A DNA stretch of 64,000 nucleotides from an uncultured bacterium (GTDB lineage: Bacteria; Planctomycetota; UBA1135; GCA-002686595): contig CALSNU010000002.1 of assembly GCA_943787795.1 (NCBI GenBank), forward strand, positions 758,158-822,157. The letters run 5' to 3'. Below, piece after piece: positions 19,335 through 28,169 of the stretch (within the stretch, counting starts at the first letter, position 1; the number at the start of each line of letters is the position of its first letter). The notes under the pieces were generated by a model. The model was not told where the DNA came from. It saw nothing but the letters and a program-made list of their open reading frames with translations, and ran no database searches. The position numbers and the translations under genes were made by a program.

Positions 19335-20954
19335 ATGCTCTCCCTCCTCCTGCTCGCCGCTGCTACTGCCCCGCTCCAGGGCCATGATCCCTTCCGCGAC
19401 GTGGTCCGCGCGCAGCACGCGCTCTTCACGGTGGGCGTCTCGAGCCAGAGTGAGGTGAGGCCTGCCGGAGACCTTGACGGGGACGGACTCCAGGAGCTGG
19501 TGGTGGAGCTGGAGCAGGTCCTGCTCGTCCGGCACGGCGGGGACGGGGCGCCCGTGCGAGCCCTCGTGGAGCTGGGGCACCCGGGCGCCTGGGACGTGGG
19601 GCCGGACGTGGACGGCGACGGCGCGGCGGAGGTCGTGATCGTCTCACCCTCGGGGGAAGGCGTGGCGGTGGCCGTGCTCGGCGCGGAGGACGGCGCGCGG
19701 CGCTGGGCGACGGCGACCCTCAAGATCGCGCCCACGCTGGTGGTCTGGACGGGGGACCTGGATGGTGACGGCGTCGCGGACGTCGCCATGGGAGACCCCG
19801 CAGGAAACTTCGTGAAGACGCTCTCCGGCGCGACGGGCAAGCGCCTGTGGCGCTCGAAGGTCTCAGGCGGCATGGCCCGCCTTCAGGCCGCCAGGGATCG
19901 CGACGGGGACGGCGTGGACGACCTGCTCGTGGACCGCGGGCGCCGCAACCTCGGCGCCACTTGGCTCTCCGGGAAGACAGGCCAGCCCATGGCCGAGGCC
20001 GGTTCCCCGCGCGGCACCTGGACCTTCGCCGGGGACCTGGACGGCGACGGGGAGCGAGACGGCGTGCTGCAGCTCGGCGGGAGCATCGGCGTTCAGACCG
20101 AGGTTCACCTCAGCGGTCGCGAGGAGCCGGTCGTGTGCACGGGTCCCGACTACCTGCCGGATGACGTCGCCGCGCGGATGGTGGGGGACGTGGACGGCGA
20201 CGGCGTGGCCGATCTCGCCCAAGGCGACTGCAACTTCAACTTCCTGGGGAACGCGCAGCTCAAGAACAACGGTGGGGGCGAGGTGATCGAGCTCGAGGCC
20301 CTGACCCTCGCGGCTGCGCTCGCCCTCGAGTCCAGGCCCTGTTCCGTCTCCATGGTCGAATCGGGCTGCGTGTGGGTCTTCTCCGGCGCGACGGGCGGGG
20401 TGATCATGGGCATCTACGGGGAGCCGGGGACGTCCACGGGGCTCGGTCGAGACGTCTTCAGGGTCGGGGACCAGGACGGGGACGGCCGGGCGGACGTGGG
20501 GCTCTTGATCGGCGAGCAGCTGCACGTCTTCGGCACCCGCCGCAGGTTCTCTGCGGACGTCTTCGAGTGGTTGCCGGGCCACTGGCTGGGGGAGATGACG
20601 TGGGAGGGGACCGCGATGACCATCGAGGAGGTCTGGCTCCCGGAGGCCGCGGGCGCGCTCCACGCGGTGGCGCGCACCTACATCCCCGGCGAGCGCGAGG
20701 TCGGCAGCTTTGAGTTCCTTCGGATCGAGCGCGACGGGGACGCCGTCGTCCTCCAGGCCCAGCCGTCCGGCGAGCCCCCGACCCCCTTCCAGGCCGTGGA
20801 GCAGTCCGCTGGTTCGGTGCTCTTCCGACGGGAGGGGACGGGCCTGCCCTCTTGGATCCGCTACACGCGCGTCGGCGACGAGCTCCGCGCGGAGCTGGGC
20901 GAGACGGATCAGCCGCCGATGCTCTCCTTGCGCTGGAGGCTCAAGGGCCAGTAG
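19335..20954 (+). CDS. FG-GAP repeat protein fused to a C-terminal DUF6265-like domain
   Basis: Multiple GD.DGDG..D repeats; C-terminal WLPGHW...IEEVW...FEFLRIE...QPSG. Confidence 0.7.
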   Translation: MLSLLLLAAATAPLQGHDPFRDVVRAQHALFTVGVSSQSEVRPAGDLDGDGLQELVVELEQVLLVRHGGDGAPVRALVELGHPGAWDVGPDVDGDGAAEVVIVSPSGEGVAVAVLGAEDGARRWATATLKIAPTLVVWTGDLDGDGVADVAMGDPAGNFVKTLSGATGKRLWRSKVSGGMARLQAARDRDGDGVDDLLVDRGRRNLGATWLSGKTGQPMAEAGSPRGTWTFAGDLDGDGERDGVLQLGGSIGVQTEVHLSGREEPVVCTGPDYLPDDVAARMVGDVDGDGVADLAQGDCNFNFLGNAQLKNNGGGEVIELEALTLAAALALESRPCSVSMVESGCVWVFSGATGGVIMGIYGEPGTSTGLGRDVFRVGDQDGDGRADVGLLIGEQLHVFGTRRRFSADVFEWLPGHWLGEMTWEGTAMTIEEVWLPEAAGALHAVARTYIPGEREVGSFEFLRIERDGDAVVLQAQPSGEPPTPFQAVEQSAGSVLFRREGTGLPSWIRYTRVGDELRAELGETDQPPMLSLRWRLKGQ

Positions 20955-21025
20955 TTCAAGCGTGAGCCGTGGAGCTCGACATCGGGTGATCCGGATGGCG
21001 ACGCCGCGGCCTTAGACTGCCTGGG

Positions 21026-21592
21026 ATGGTCGACCCCACGCCCCACGACGCGTTCCTTCGCACGCTGCTGCGGCTTATCCTCGCCGCGGCGATCCTCACG
21101 GCGCCCCTGTTTCTCTTTGGCGAGGGCTTCGAGGCCGAGTACGTCGGGCGGGTGGCCCTCTCCAACGGCGCCTGCGCGCTCCTCTGTCTCGGGCTGCTGG
21201 CGCTCGTTCGGCGCGGCAAGGGGGCGCTCGCCGGGTCGCTCCTCGTCTGGGGCCTCGCGCTCCTGGTGGGATCGCTGGCCTGGGGCAACGGCGAGCCCGC
21301 CCACGTGAACGTGATCAACTTCGTGCTGGTGACGCTGCTCGCCAGCGTGGTGGGAAGCCGGCGGGAGGTCCTCCTGCTCGGCGCGCTGTCCGCGATCGAG
21401 ATGGCGGTCATCGCGTGGCAGCGGCCCCTCATGCCGCCGGGCAAGGACCTGGCCGAGGCGCGCTTTGAGTCCCTGGTTCAGATCCTCCCGACCTTCCTCG
21501 TGGTGGCGGTGATCCTCTGGCTGAGGGCGGGGCAGGAGAGGGGGGGAGCCGGCGGCGAGCGCCCTGGCAGGGCCAGCCCGCGGAGTCTCTGA
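21026..21592 (+). CDS. Hypothetical membrane protein
   Basis: 188 aa, about 6 hydrophobic segments. Confidence 0.65.
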   Translation: MVDPTPHDAFLRTLLRLILAAAILTAPLFLFGEGFEAEYVGRVALSNGACALLCLGLLALVRRGKGALAGSLLVWGLALLVGSLAWGNGEPAHVNVINFVLVTLLASVVGSRREVLLLGALSAIEMAVIAWQRPLMPPGKDLAEARFESLVQILPTFLVVAVILWLRAGQERGGAGGERPGRASPRSL

Positions 21593-21718
21593 ATTACGGG
21601 TCTCTGAGTTCCGGGTTCCTGACGCTCGGGTTCCGCGGGTTCGGCAGAGGGTTCCGGCCCCGGGAAATGCACCGGATCGTGCCCCGCGCCGCGGCGCGTA
21701 GAGGCCGCTGGATTATTC

Positions 21719-22756
21719 TTGGCCGCGCCCTGCTCACTCGCTCTTCGCTCGATGGCCATGCCGATGATCTGCTCCACTGCCCCAGGCAAGCCCCGCTCCC
21801 TGCGGGGACTCCTGTCCCGTAACTCATTCAGCGGGGGTCTCTTGCTCCTCGCCAGCTGTGCCGCGCCGCCCCAGGCGAGCGTCACCCGCCCGGTCTCGGA
21901 CCTGCCGGACCTGAGCGGGCTCGAGGTCGCGGGCACGGACCTGTTCATCGCGGTCCACGACGCCAAGGATGAGCCCGACGAGGTCGACCGACCCCGGGTC
22001 AGCCTGCTGATGTCGCCGCAGGACCCGAGGGGGATCCTCTGGAGGCCCATGCGGATGGACTGGCCGACCCGGCCGAGCCACGACCTGGAGAGCGTCGCGC
22101 GCATCGGGGCCGGGGACCGCTATCTCCTCTGCGAGAGCGGCAACGACGATCCGCTCCGGGCCCCGCGCATCTTCCGTGTGCTCCTCTCGGGGAACGAGAT
22201 CGAGATCGAGACCGAGGTGGACTGGCCAGCTCCGATCTCCAATGTGGAGGCCACCGCGGTGACGAGCGTGCAGGACCAGCTGTACTTCATCTACGCCGAG
22301 CGGGCGGACAATCAGGCCTCGACTCAGCTCAACTGGGCGCCCTTCAACCCGGGCACCATGCACTTCGGCGCGTTCCAATCGGTGACCCTGGACAGTCTTG
22401 ATCCCGAGAAGATGGCCCGGGGTGTCGTCGGGCTCGACGTGGATCCTGGCGGCCGAATCTACACGGTCGCCTCGTTCGATCCCGAGGCCGTCGGCCTGCC
22501 CGGCGATCCGGACTTCGGGCCCTTCAGGAGCTCGGTCTGGCGCGTGGGGCAGATCCGTCCGGCCCAGGGGGCGGCCACGATCGAGCTTGATCCACAGCCC
22601 ACCCGGATCGCCACCATCGACGGCTTCAAGTGCGAGTCGGTGACCCTCGGCTCCGAGAGCCCGCAGCCCACCGTCTACATCGGCTTCGACGACGAGAACT
22701 ACGCGGGCACGCTGCGCCCCCTGCTCCCAGCCGATGGAGGCCAAGGGGCGAACTGA
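21719..22756 (+). CDS. Putative lipoprotein with beta-propeller (phytase/esterase-like); true start probably downstream
   Basis: LLLLASC lipobox; DLSGL, DLES, NVEA, KCES, DDEN acidic propeller motifs. Confidence 0.55.
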   Translation: MAAPCSLALRSMAMPMICSTAPGKPRSLRGLLSRNSFSGGLLLLASCAAPPQASVTRPVSDLPDLSGLEVAGTDLFIAVHDAKDEPDEVDRPRVSLLMSPQDPRGILWRPMRMDWPTRPSHDLESVARIGAGDRYLLCESGNDDPLRAPRIFRVLLSGNEIEIETEVDWPAPISNVEATAVTSVQDQLYFIYAERADNQASTQLNWAPFNPGTMHFGAFQSVTLDSLDPEKMARGVVGLDVDPGGRIYTVASFDPEAVGLPGDPDFGPFRSSVWRVGQIRPAQGAATIELDPQPTRIATIDGFKCESVTLGSESPQPTVYIGFDDENYAGTLRPLLPADGGQGAN

Positions 22757-22822
22757 GCCCGAAGGCCCGCCACGTCAGGGGCCGCGGCCGCGGCTGAGTT
22801 CGCGGCAGCGGCCCGTGGTCGT

Positions 22823-23440
22823 TCAGTGCTCCTCGCCGTCCTTCGCCGCCGGCGTGGGGACTCCGTAGCGGAGCTCGAGCGCCTGGGCGCCATCGGGGCC
22901 GGGTGTGAGCACGTGGACCCGGTCGTAGGCGTCGTGGGGGAGGTGCCCCTCGGGGACCCGCGTGTTCATGGACGTCTCGGTGAGGTCCCGGAGCGTGACC
23001 CCCAGCCGCGCGGCGATGGCCGGGATCGTGTTCGAGTGACCCGCGACGACGATCACGTCCGTCCCCTTGGCTCCCACGAGCCGGGCGATCAGGCCGTCCA
23101 TGTCCCGGGCGGGGAGGGTCTCGCTGGTGAGGTCGAGCTGCTTCGCCAGCGGTGCCAGCGTGTCCCGCGTCCGCTTGTATTCGCTGTGGATGAGCACCGT
23201 GACGCCCGCAGCCGCGAACATCCGCGCGAAGGCCTCGGCTCGCTCACGGCCGGCCTCCGAGAGGTCCGGGTCGCGCGGGTCGTTCTTGGCCTTCTCCGTG
23301 TGTCGGACGAGGATCACCCTGGCCTTCAGCCGCGGCGCCGCGGACGCGGGGTCTGGCTCTTGGCCCCCGGCGAAGGCAGGGAGCGAGGTCAGCGGGAGGG
23401 CGGCGGTGGCGGCGAGGAACTGGCGTCGAGAGGTGCTCAT
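22823..23440 (-). CDS. Tat-exported histidine phosphatase (phosphoglycerate mutase/SixA superfamily)
   Basis: SRRQFL twin-arginine signal; LVRHTEK, S...RTRDT, VAGHSNT. Confidence 0.85.
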   Translation of the reverse strand: MSTSRRQFLAATAALPLTSLPAFAGGQEPDPASAAPRLKARVILVRHTEKAKNDPRDPDLSEAGRERAEAFARMFAAAGVTVLIHSEYKRTRDTLAPLAKQLDLTSETLPARDMDGLIARLVGAKGTDVIVVAGHSNTIPAIAARLGVTLRDLTETSMNTRVPEGHLPHDAYDRVHVLTPGPDGAQALELRYGVPTPAAKDGEEH

Positions 23441-23528
23441 GGCCCCCACGCTAGGGGGGACCAGCTCGCTGCGCACCCCCTCAGCCCCCGTTCGCCGCAG
23501 CCCCCGTTCGCCGCAGCTCCCTTCGGCC

Positions 23529-23888
23529 TCAGCCGCCGTTCGCGTCGGTGAAGCGGGCGCAGGTCAGGGCGCCGTGGCTGTCGTGCCAGGCGAGGTCGCC
23601 TCCGGTGAACCACAGGGCCTGGGGAGACTGGTGCTCGACGTCGAGGGCGGAGGTGAGGCCGCGGGCGAGGGGGCGCTCGGCGATCACGTCGATCCAGGCG
23701 ATGCGGACGGGGTCGGCGTCGTCCACGTCCTTCAGCCACTGCTTGAACTCGAACTCCGCGCGGGTGCTCGTGGGGCAGATGGGGGACTTCTTGAACACGA
23801 CCACGTGGGCCTCGGCGGAGGCCTCACGCAGAGCGGAGAGGGCCGCCTCGGGGTCGGCGGGCAGGGAGAGTTCGCGAGGCTGGGTCAT
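23529..23888 (-). CDS. YtxJ/DUF2847-family monothiol thioredoxin-like protein
   Basis: VFKKSPICPTS and V.HQSPQ...W..SH motifs. Confidence 0.8.
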   Translation of the reverse strand: MTQPRELSLPADPEAALSALREASAEAHVVVFKKSPICPTSTRAEFEFKQWLKDVDDADPVRIAWIDVIAERPLARGLTSALDVEHQSPQALWFTGGDLAWHDSHGALTCARFTDANGG

Positions 23889-23900
23889 GGGAGGAGGGGG

Positions 23901-24581
23901 CTAGCTCCGCTTCTTGCGGGCCGTGGTCTTGCGGGCGGGCTTCTTCTTGGCCGATGACGCGGTGGCTTTCGAGGTGCGGGTCGCGGCTTTCTTGGTCGCC
24001 GACTTCTTGCTGACGGCAGCCTTCCTCGGGGCGGCCTTCTTCCGCGTCACCTTCTTGGCGGCCGCCTTGCGAGCGGGCGTCTTCTTCGCCGCGGGCTTCT
24101 TGCTCGAGGGCTTCTTCTTGCGGGCCGTCGCGCTGACCACGTTGGCCTCGTAGTGCTTGATGAACTTCGCGGCGGTCATGCGCTTGACGGCGGCGCCGAG
24201 GGACGTGAGGCACACGTCCTCGAGCTTCTTGAACCGCACGCAGGACTTGCCCATGTCGAGCTTCTTGCCGGACTTCGCCCACTGCTTCTCGAAGCGCGCG
24301 GCCTCCGCCTCGTCGCCGTAGATGCAGAAGAGGTAGACCGCCATGTGGTTCTTCTGGCTGGCGATGCTCATGAAGGGCAGCGGCTGGTCCGGGCTGCAGT
24401 GGTAGCCGTCGGGATAGACCGAGTGCGGGATGAAGTAGCCGATCATCCCGTACTGGATGCCCTCCTTGACCTTGGGGTCGAGGTTGGCCTTGATGACCTT
24501 GCGGAGGGCCTGCAGGGCCTTCTTGCGTTCGGGCTCCAGGGCGGCGAGGTACTGGGTCACGGTGGCAGGCTTTTGGCTCAT
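23901..24581 (-). CDS. DUF1801-domain protein with Lys/Ala-rich histone-H1-like tail
   Basis: TVTQYLAAL...GMIGY.IP...YP.GYH...LP...ASQKN...LDMGKSCVRFKK; ~75-aa tail of KKPAAKK-type repeats. Confidence 0.85.
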   Translation of the reverse strand: MSQKPATVTQYLAALEPERKKALQALRKVIKANLDPKVKEGIQYGMIGYFIPHSVYPDGYHCSPDQPLPFMSIASQKNHMAVYLFCIYGDEAEAARFEKQWAKSGKKLDMGKSCVRFKKLEDVCLTSLGAAVKRMTAAKFIKHYEANVVSATARKKKPSSKKPAAKKTPARKAAAKKVTRKKAAPRKAAVSKKSATKKAATRTSKATASSAKKKPARKTTARKKRS

Positions 24582-24698
24582 GGGACCAGGGTACGTGCTC
24601 GCTGAATGAAGGGAAGGGCTCCGGTCGGGCGCTCGCGGCGCGCATGATGCTGGGCATGCAGAGCACGCCCTCTGAACGAGCATTCCAGGAGAGTTCCC

Positions 24699-26147
24699 GT
24701 GCAGCGTGAAGAGATCGAGCCGGCCCTGAGGGCGGCGCTCGAGGCCTCCCTCGCGTTCCAGGAGGGCCTCGACACGGCGCGGGTGGGCGCTTGCGCGGGG
24801 CCCCCGCCGCTGGTGCCCCTGCCGGACTCGGGGGTGGGCGCTGCCAGCGCCCTCGCCGAGCTCGTGCGTCGAGCTGAGGGCCGCGCGGCCGCCAGCGCGG
24901 GGCCGCGCTACTTTCACTACGTCGTCGGTGGGGTCACCGGGGCCAGCCTGGCCGCGGACTGGTTTGCGTCGGCCCTTGATCAGGTGGCCTCCTCGTCCAC
25001 AGGTTCGCCCCTGGCGGTGGACGTGGAGGAGGCGGCCACTCGCTGGCTGGCGGAGCTCTTCGACCTGGATCCCGAGGCCTGGACCGGGGTCTGCACCACG
25101 GGGGCCACGACGGCGAGCCTGGTGGGGCTCGGCGCCGCGCGGCAGTGGTGGGGGGAGCGGCTCGGCGTCGACGTGGCCGAGGAGGGGATCGCGGGGCTCC
25201 CCCGGCCCGTGGTGCTCACCAGCGGCTTCGTGCACGCCAGCGTGATCAAGTGCCTCGCCATGCTCGGGATCGGGCGGGCGTGCTGCGAGCGGCTCTCCGT
25301 GGACAACCGCGGGACCCTCGACGTCGAGGCGCTCGAGCGCCGGCTCGCGTCCATGGGGGACGAGCCGGCCATCGTCGTCGCTACCGCAGGAGAGGTGAAC
25401 TCGGGGCGCTTCGACCCCCTGGGCGCCGTGGCAGACCGATGCGAGCAATACGGCGCGTGGCTCCACGTGGACGCCGCCTTCGGGCTCTTCGCCCGCGTCG
25501 CGCCCGGCGTGGCGGACCTCGCGGACGGGATCGAGCGGGCCGACTCCATCGCGGCGGACGCCCACAAGTGGCTCAATGTGCCCTACGACAGCGGCTTCGC
25601 CCTGGTGCGCCAGCGGTCGCTCCTGGCCAAGACGTTCCGCATGGTGGCCGCCTACCTGCCACCGAGCGCCGGTGATGGAGCGCCGCCGAGGGTGCCGGCC
25701 AACCTGGGGCCGGAGTGCAGTCGCCGCGCGCGGGCCCTGCCCATCTTCGCGGCGCTGCTGAGCGAGGGGCGGGCGGGGATCCGGGCCATGGTGGAGGGGC
25801 ACGTTCTTCTCGCGGACCAGCTGCGGGGTCTTGTGGCGGCCGCTCCGGACCTCGAGCTGGTCGACGAGACCCGGCTCAACGTCGTCCCCTTTCGCTTCGC
25901 CCCGCGGGGCGTTCGGCGGCGCGATCTGGACCCGCTCAACCGCGCCCTCGGGCAGCGAGTCCTTGAGGACGGCCGGGTCTTTGTGGGGACGACGCGCTAC
26001 CGCAGCGTGGTCTGCATGAGGCCCGCGATCGCCAACTGGCGAACGCGTCCTGAGGACGTGGAGCGGCTCGTCAGCGTGGTGCGGGAGCTGGGCGCCGAGC
26101 TGCTCGAGGGGGACGAGGTCGTGCCTAGGAGTTCTCGGCGAGGGTGA
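24699..26147 (+). CDS. PLP-dependent group II (aromatic amino acid-type) decarboxylase
   Basis: PRYFHYV, HASVIK, TAGEVNSG.FD, WLHVDAAFG, DAHKWLNVPY. Confidence 0.9.
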   Translation: MQREEIEPALRAALEASLAFQEGLDTARVGACAGPPPLVPLPDSGVGAASALAELVRRAEGRAAASAGPRYFHYVVGGVTGASLAADWFASALDQVASSSTGSPLAVDVEEAATRWLAELFDLDPEAWTGVCTTGATTASLVGLGAARQWWGERLGVDVAEEGIAGLPRPVVLTSGFVHASVIKCLAMLGIGRACCERLSVDNRGTLDVEALERRLASMGDEPAIVVATAGEVNSGRFDPLGAVADRCEQYGAWLHVDAAFGLFARVAPGVADLADGIERADSIAADAHKWLNVPYDSGFALVRQRSLLAKTFRMVAAYLPPSAGDGAPPRVPANLGPECSRRARALPIFAALLSEGRAGIRAMVEGHVLLADQLRGLVAAAPDLELVDETRLNVVPFRFAPRGVRRRDLDPLNRALGQRVLEDGRVFVGTTRYRSVVCMRPAIANWRTRPEDVERLVSVVRELGAELLEGDEVVPRSSRRG

Positions 26148-26874
26148 ACCCCTCGGGGACCACCAGGCGGAAGTGGGCGTCGATGCTCCTGTGGAAGGGG
26201 TCACGGGCCGCCCGCAGGATCTCGAACTCGAGCACGTCCTCGCCCTCACCGGTCACGCGCACGCGAACCGGGACGTCCCTGCCGTCTGCGAACGTCAGCT
26301 CCAGTCGCTGGAGCCCAACGATCTTGACCCCGGGCGCGGGCGCCATGGAAATATTCGTCTGCCGCGGGTCCTCGGGGGAGGTCTCCACGGCGGTGATCTC
26401 CATGGCCCTCGCCAGGCTGTCCAAGTCGAGCATCAGGGAGGCGACACCGACGATCGCTCGCCCATTGCGGTCGTAGCGCCAGCGGCTCGCGTGCTTGCGG
26501 TTGACGGTCAGCACGAGGCGTTCGGTCGGAGTCTCCAGGACCTGCCGGGCCCTGGAGCCCCCGGGGCGGTAGAGCAGAGTTGCGGGGCTGCGACGCACGG
26601 AGAGGGGCCCCTCGGAGACGTGCTTGGCCCCCGAGGAGGAGATGATCTCCTGGCGGACGCAGAGGGTCTCCAGCACCTCGACTTCGGCCAACGCCTCGGA
26701 CCTGGGGCCCATGACCGCGAGCGCGGCGGCGACGATGGCGGGGTCGCCACCAAAGGTCACGGGTTCGGTGACCCGGTCGGCGCTGGCGCACCCTCCCGTG
26801 ACGAGGGTGGTGACGAGGATCGCGGCGGGCAGCAGCGATTGGAACAGGGCCTTGGTGGGGCTGAGGTGGAGCAT
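26125..26874 (-). CDS. Lipoprotein with LolA-like fold
   Basis: Lipobox VTGGC; QE......SEG.L..RR.P.TLL, L.P, GD...FE pattern reminiscent of LolA. Confidence 0.5.
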   Translation of the reverse strand: MLHLSPTKALFQSLLPAAILVTTLVTGGCASADRVTEPVTFGGDPAIVAAALAVMGPRSEALAEVEVLETLCVRQEIISSSGAKHVSEGPLSVRRSPATLLYRPGGSRARQVLETPTERLVLTVNRKHASRWRYDRNGRAIVGVASLMLDLDSLARAMEITAVETSPEDPRQTNISMAPAPGVKIVGLQRLELTFADGRDVPVRVRVTGEGEDVLEFEILRAARDPFHRSIDAHFRLVVPEGFTLAENS

Positions 26875-26995
26875 GGGGGTCCAGGCGGGGGAGGGCGGGG
26901 TGCAGATCCTACGGAGCCAGGCGGCGTGTGGGGTCGGCCCCACGGGGGATGGCGGTCTCGGATGGCTCGCCGAGGAGCGGATAAGCTGGTCAGCG

Positions 26996-27721
26996 ATGCA
27001 CCCAGCCGCTCCACGCTCCTCGCCGCGCCTCCCGGCTGGCCTCTTCGCGTTCGTCGCGATGGTCACGGCCTCCTGCGCAGGCCCCGACGCCCATTCGCCG
27101 GCAGCCTGGGAGCCCTACCTTCCCAGGCGTGCTTCGGCCGCCCGGGACCATGTCCAGGGCACCGTGGGGATCACCCAGTTCTCGCCGGGGACGACGATCT
27201 CGGCCCCGGGGACGAACGTGGTCAACGACGGCAGCCAGACGTTCCCGATGCTGGGCGGGAGCTTCCAGCACTCGATGACGGACGGAGACGTCCGCCTGGG
27301 GCTGGAGGGCGGGATCTCGGGTAGCTGGCAGTCCACCCGCACCGTCCTGGCCCTTGGGAACGGGGCGATCGTGACCCAGCGCGACAACGAGGTGCTGCTG
27401 CTCGATGGGTTCGTCGGTGCCTACGCCACGATCCCGCTCGAGGGCGGGTGGCGTGTCTACGGCGGGGCGGGCCCCTTGCTCCAGTACGCCAGCGTCAAGA
27501 CGCTCAGCGTGGATCAACCTGCGGGTTCGGAGCGCGACTCGGTGGATGGCGTCGGCGGCGGCTGGTACGCCCGAGCAGGCGTCGAGCTCGAGCTGGGTGG
27601 GCCGGTGCTGCTGGGTCTTGGTGTGCGCTGGGTCGACTCCTACGCCTACCTCGGCCCTGACTTCAACGACCTCATCGTCGAGGGCATACAGTTCGGACTC
27701 ACGCTCTCGCAGTCGTACTGA
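26996..27721 (+). CDS. Outer-membrane beta-barrel protein with lipobox-like signal
   Basis: TASC; alternating amphipathic strands (VYGGAGP, GWYARAGVE, LGLGVRW); ends in an aromatic residue (LSQSY). Confidence 0.7.
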   Translation: MHPAAPRSSPRLPAGLFAFVAMVTASCAGPDAHSPAAWEPYLPRRASAARDHVQGTVGITQFSPGTTISAPGTNVVNDGSQTFPMLGGSFQHSMTDGDVRLGLEGGISGSWQSTRTVLALGNGAIVTQRDNEVLLLDGFVGAYATIPLEGGWRVYGGAGPLLQYASVKTLSVDQPAGSERDSVDGVGGGWYARAGVELELGGPVLLGLGVRWVDSYAYLGPDFNDLIVEGIQFGLTLSQSY

Positions 27722-27773
27722 AGAGCCCGCTAGACTTCCCGCTCACCTCGTCCCCTCACGCGCCCCTGCCTCC

Positions 27774-28121
27774 ATGAAGCTCCAGCTGCTCGCCGTCGCG
27801 TTCCTCGCGGTTCTCTCCATTGGACCGGGTTGCGTCACCGTGGATGCCGACACCAACGAGGTCATCCCCAGGGGTGATCAGCGCTACAAGTTCGCGACGG
27901 TGAAGGAGTACGCCAAGGACCTGAAGCTGGGCATGACCAAGCTCCAGGTGCTGTCCACGGTGGGCTCCCCCGCGGAGAAGGGCGAGCGGGGCGATGTCTG
28001 GGTGTATCTCCCGGAGCGCTCGGCGATCCTGATCCCCTCCAAGGCTCTCAAGCTCCACTTCGAGGACAACGCGCTGACCGAATTCGGCTTCCACGCCATC
28101 GTCCTCGGCGCTCAGCTCTAG
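27774..28121 (+). CDS. SmpA/BamE-like lipoprotein
   Basis: Signal ending GPGC; LKLGMTKLQV...GSP....W.Y...L.LHF motif. Confidence 0.7.
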   Translation: MKLQLLAVAFLAVLSIGPGCVTVDADTNEVIPRGDQRYKFATVKEYAKDLKLGMTKLQVLSTVGSPAEKGERGDVWVYLPERSAILIPSKALKLHFEDNALTEFGFHAIVLGAQL

Positions 28122-28169
28122 GCCGGTGAGAGCGTCCCCTGGGCGGTGATTCGGCCTACACTGGGCGAG

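Noticed and set aside
23901..26249. 782-aa ORF as a fusion
   Set aside because: The real gene starts at 24581; the rest is antisense to the decarboxylase.
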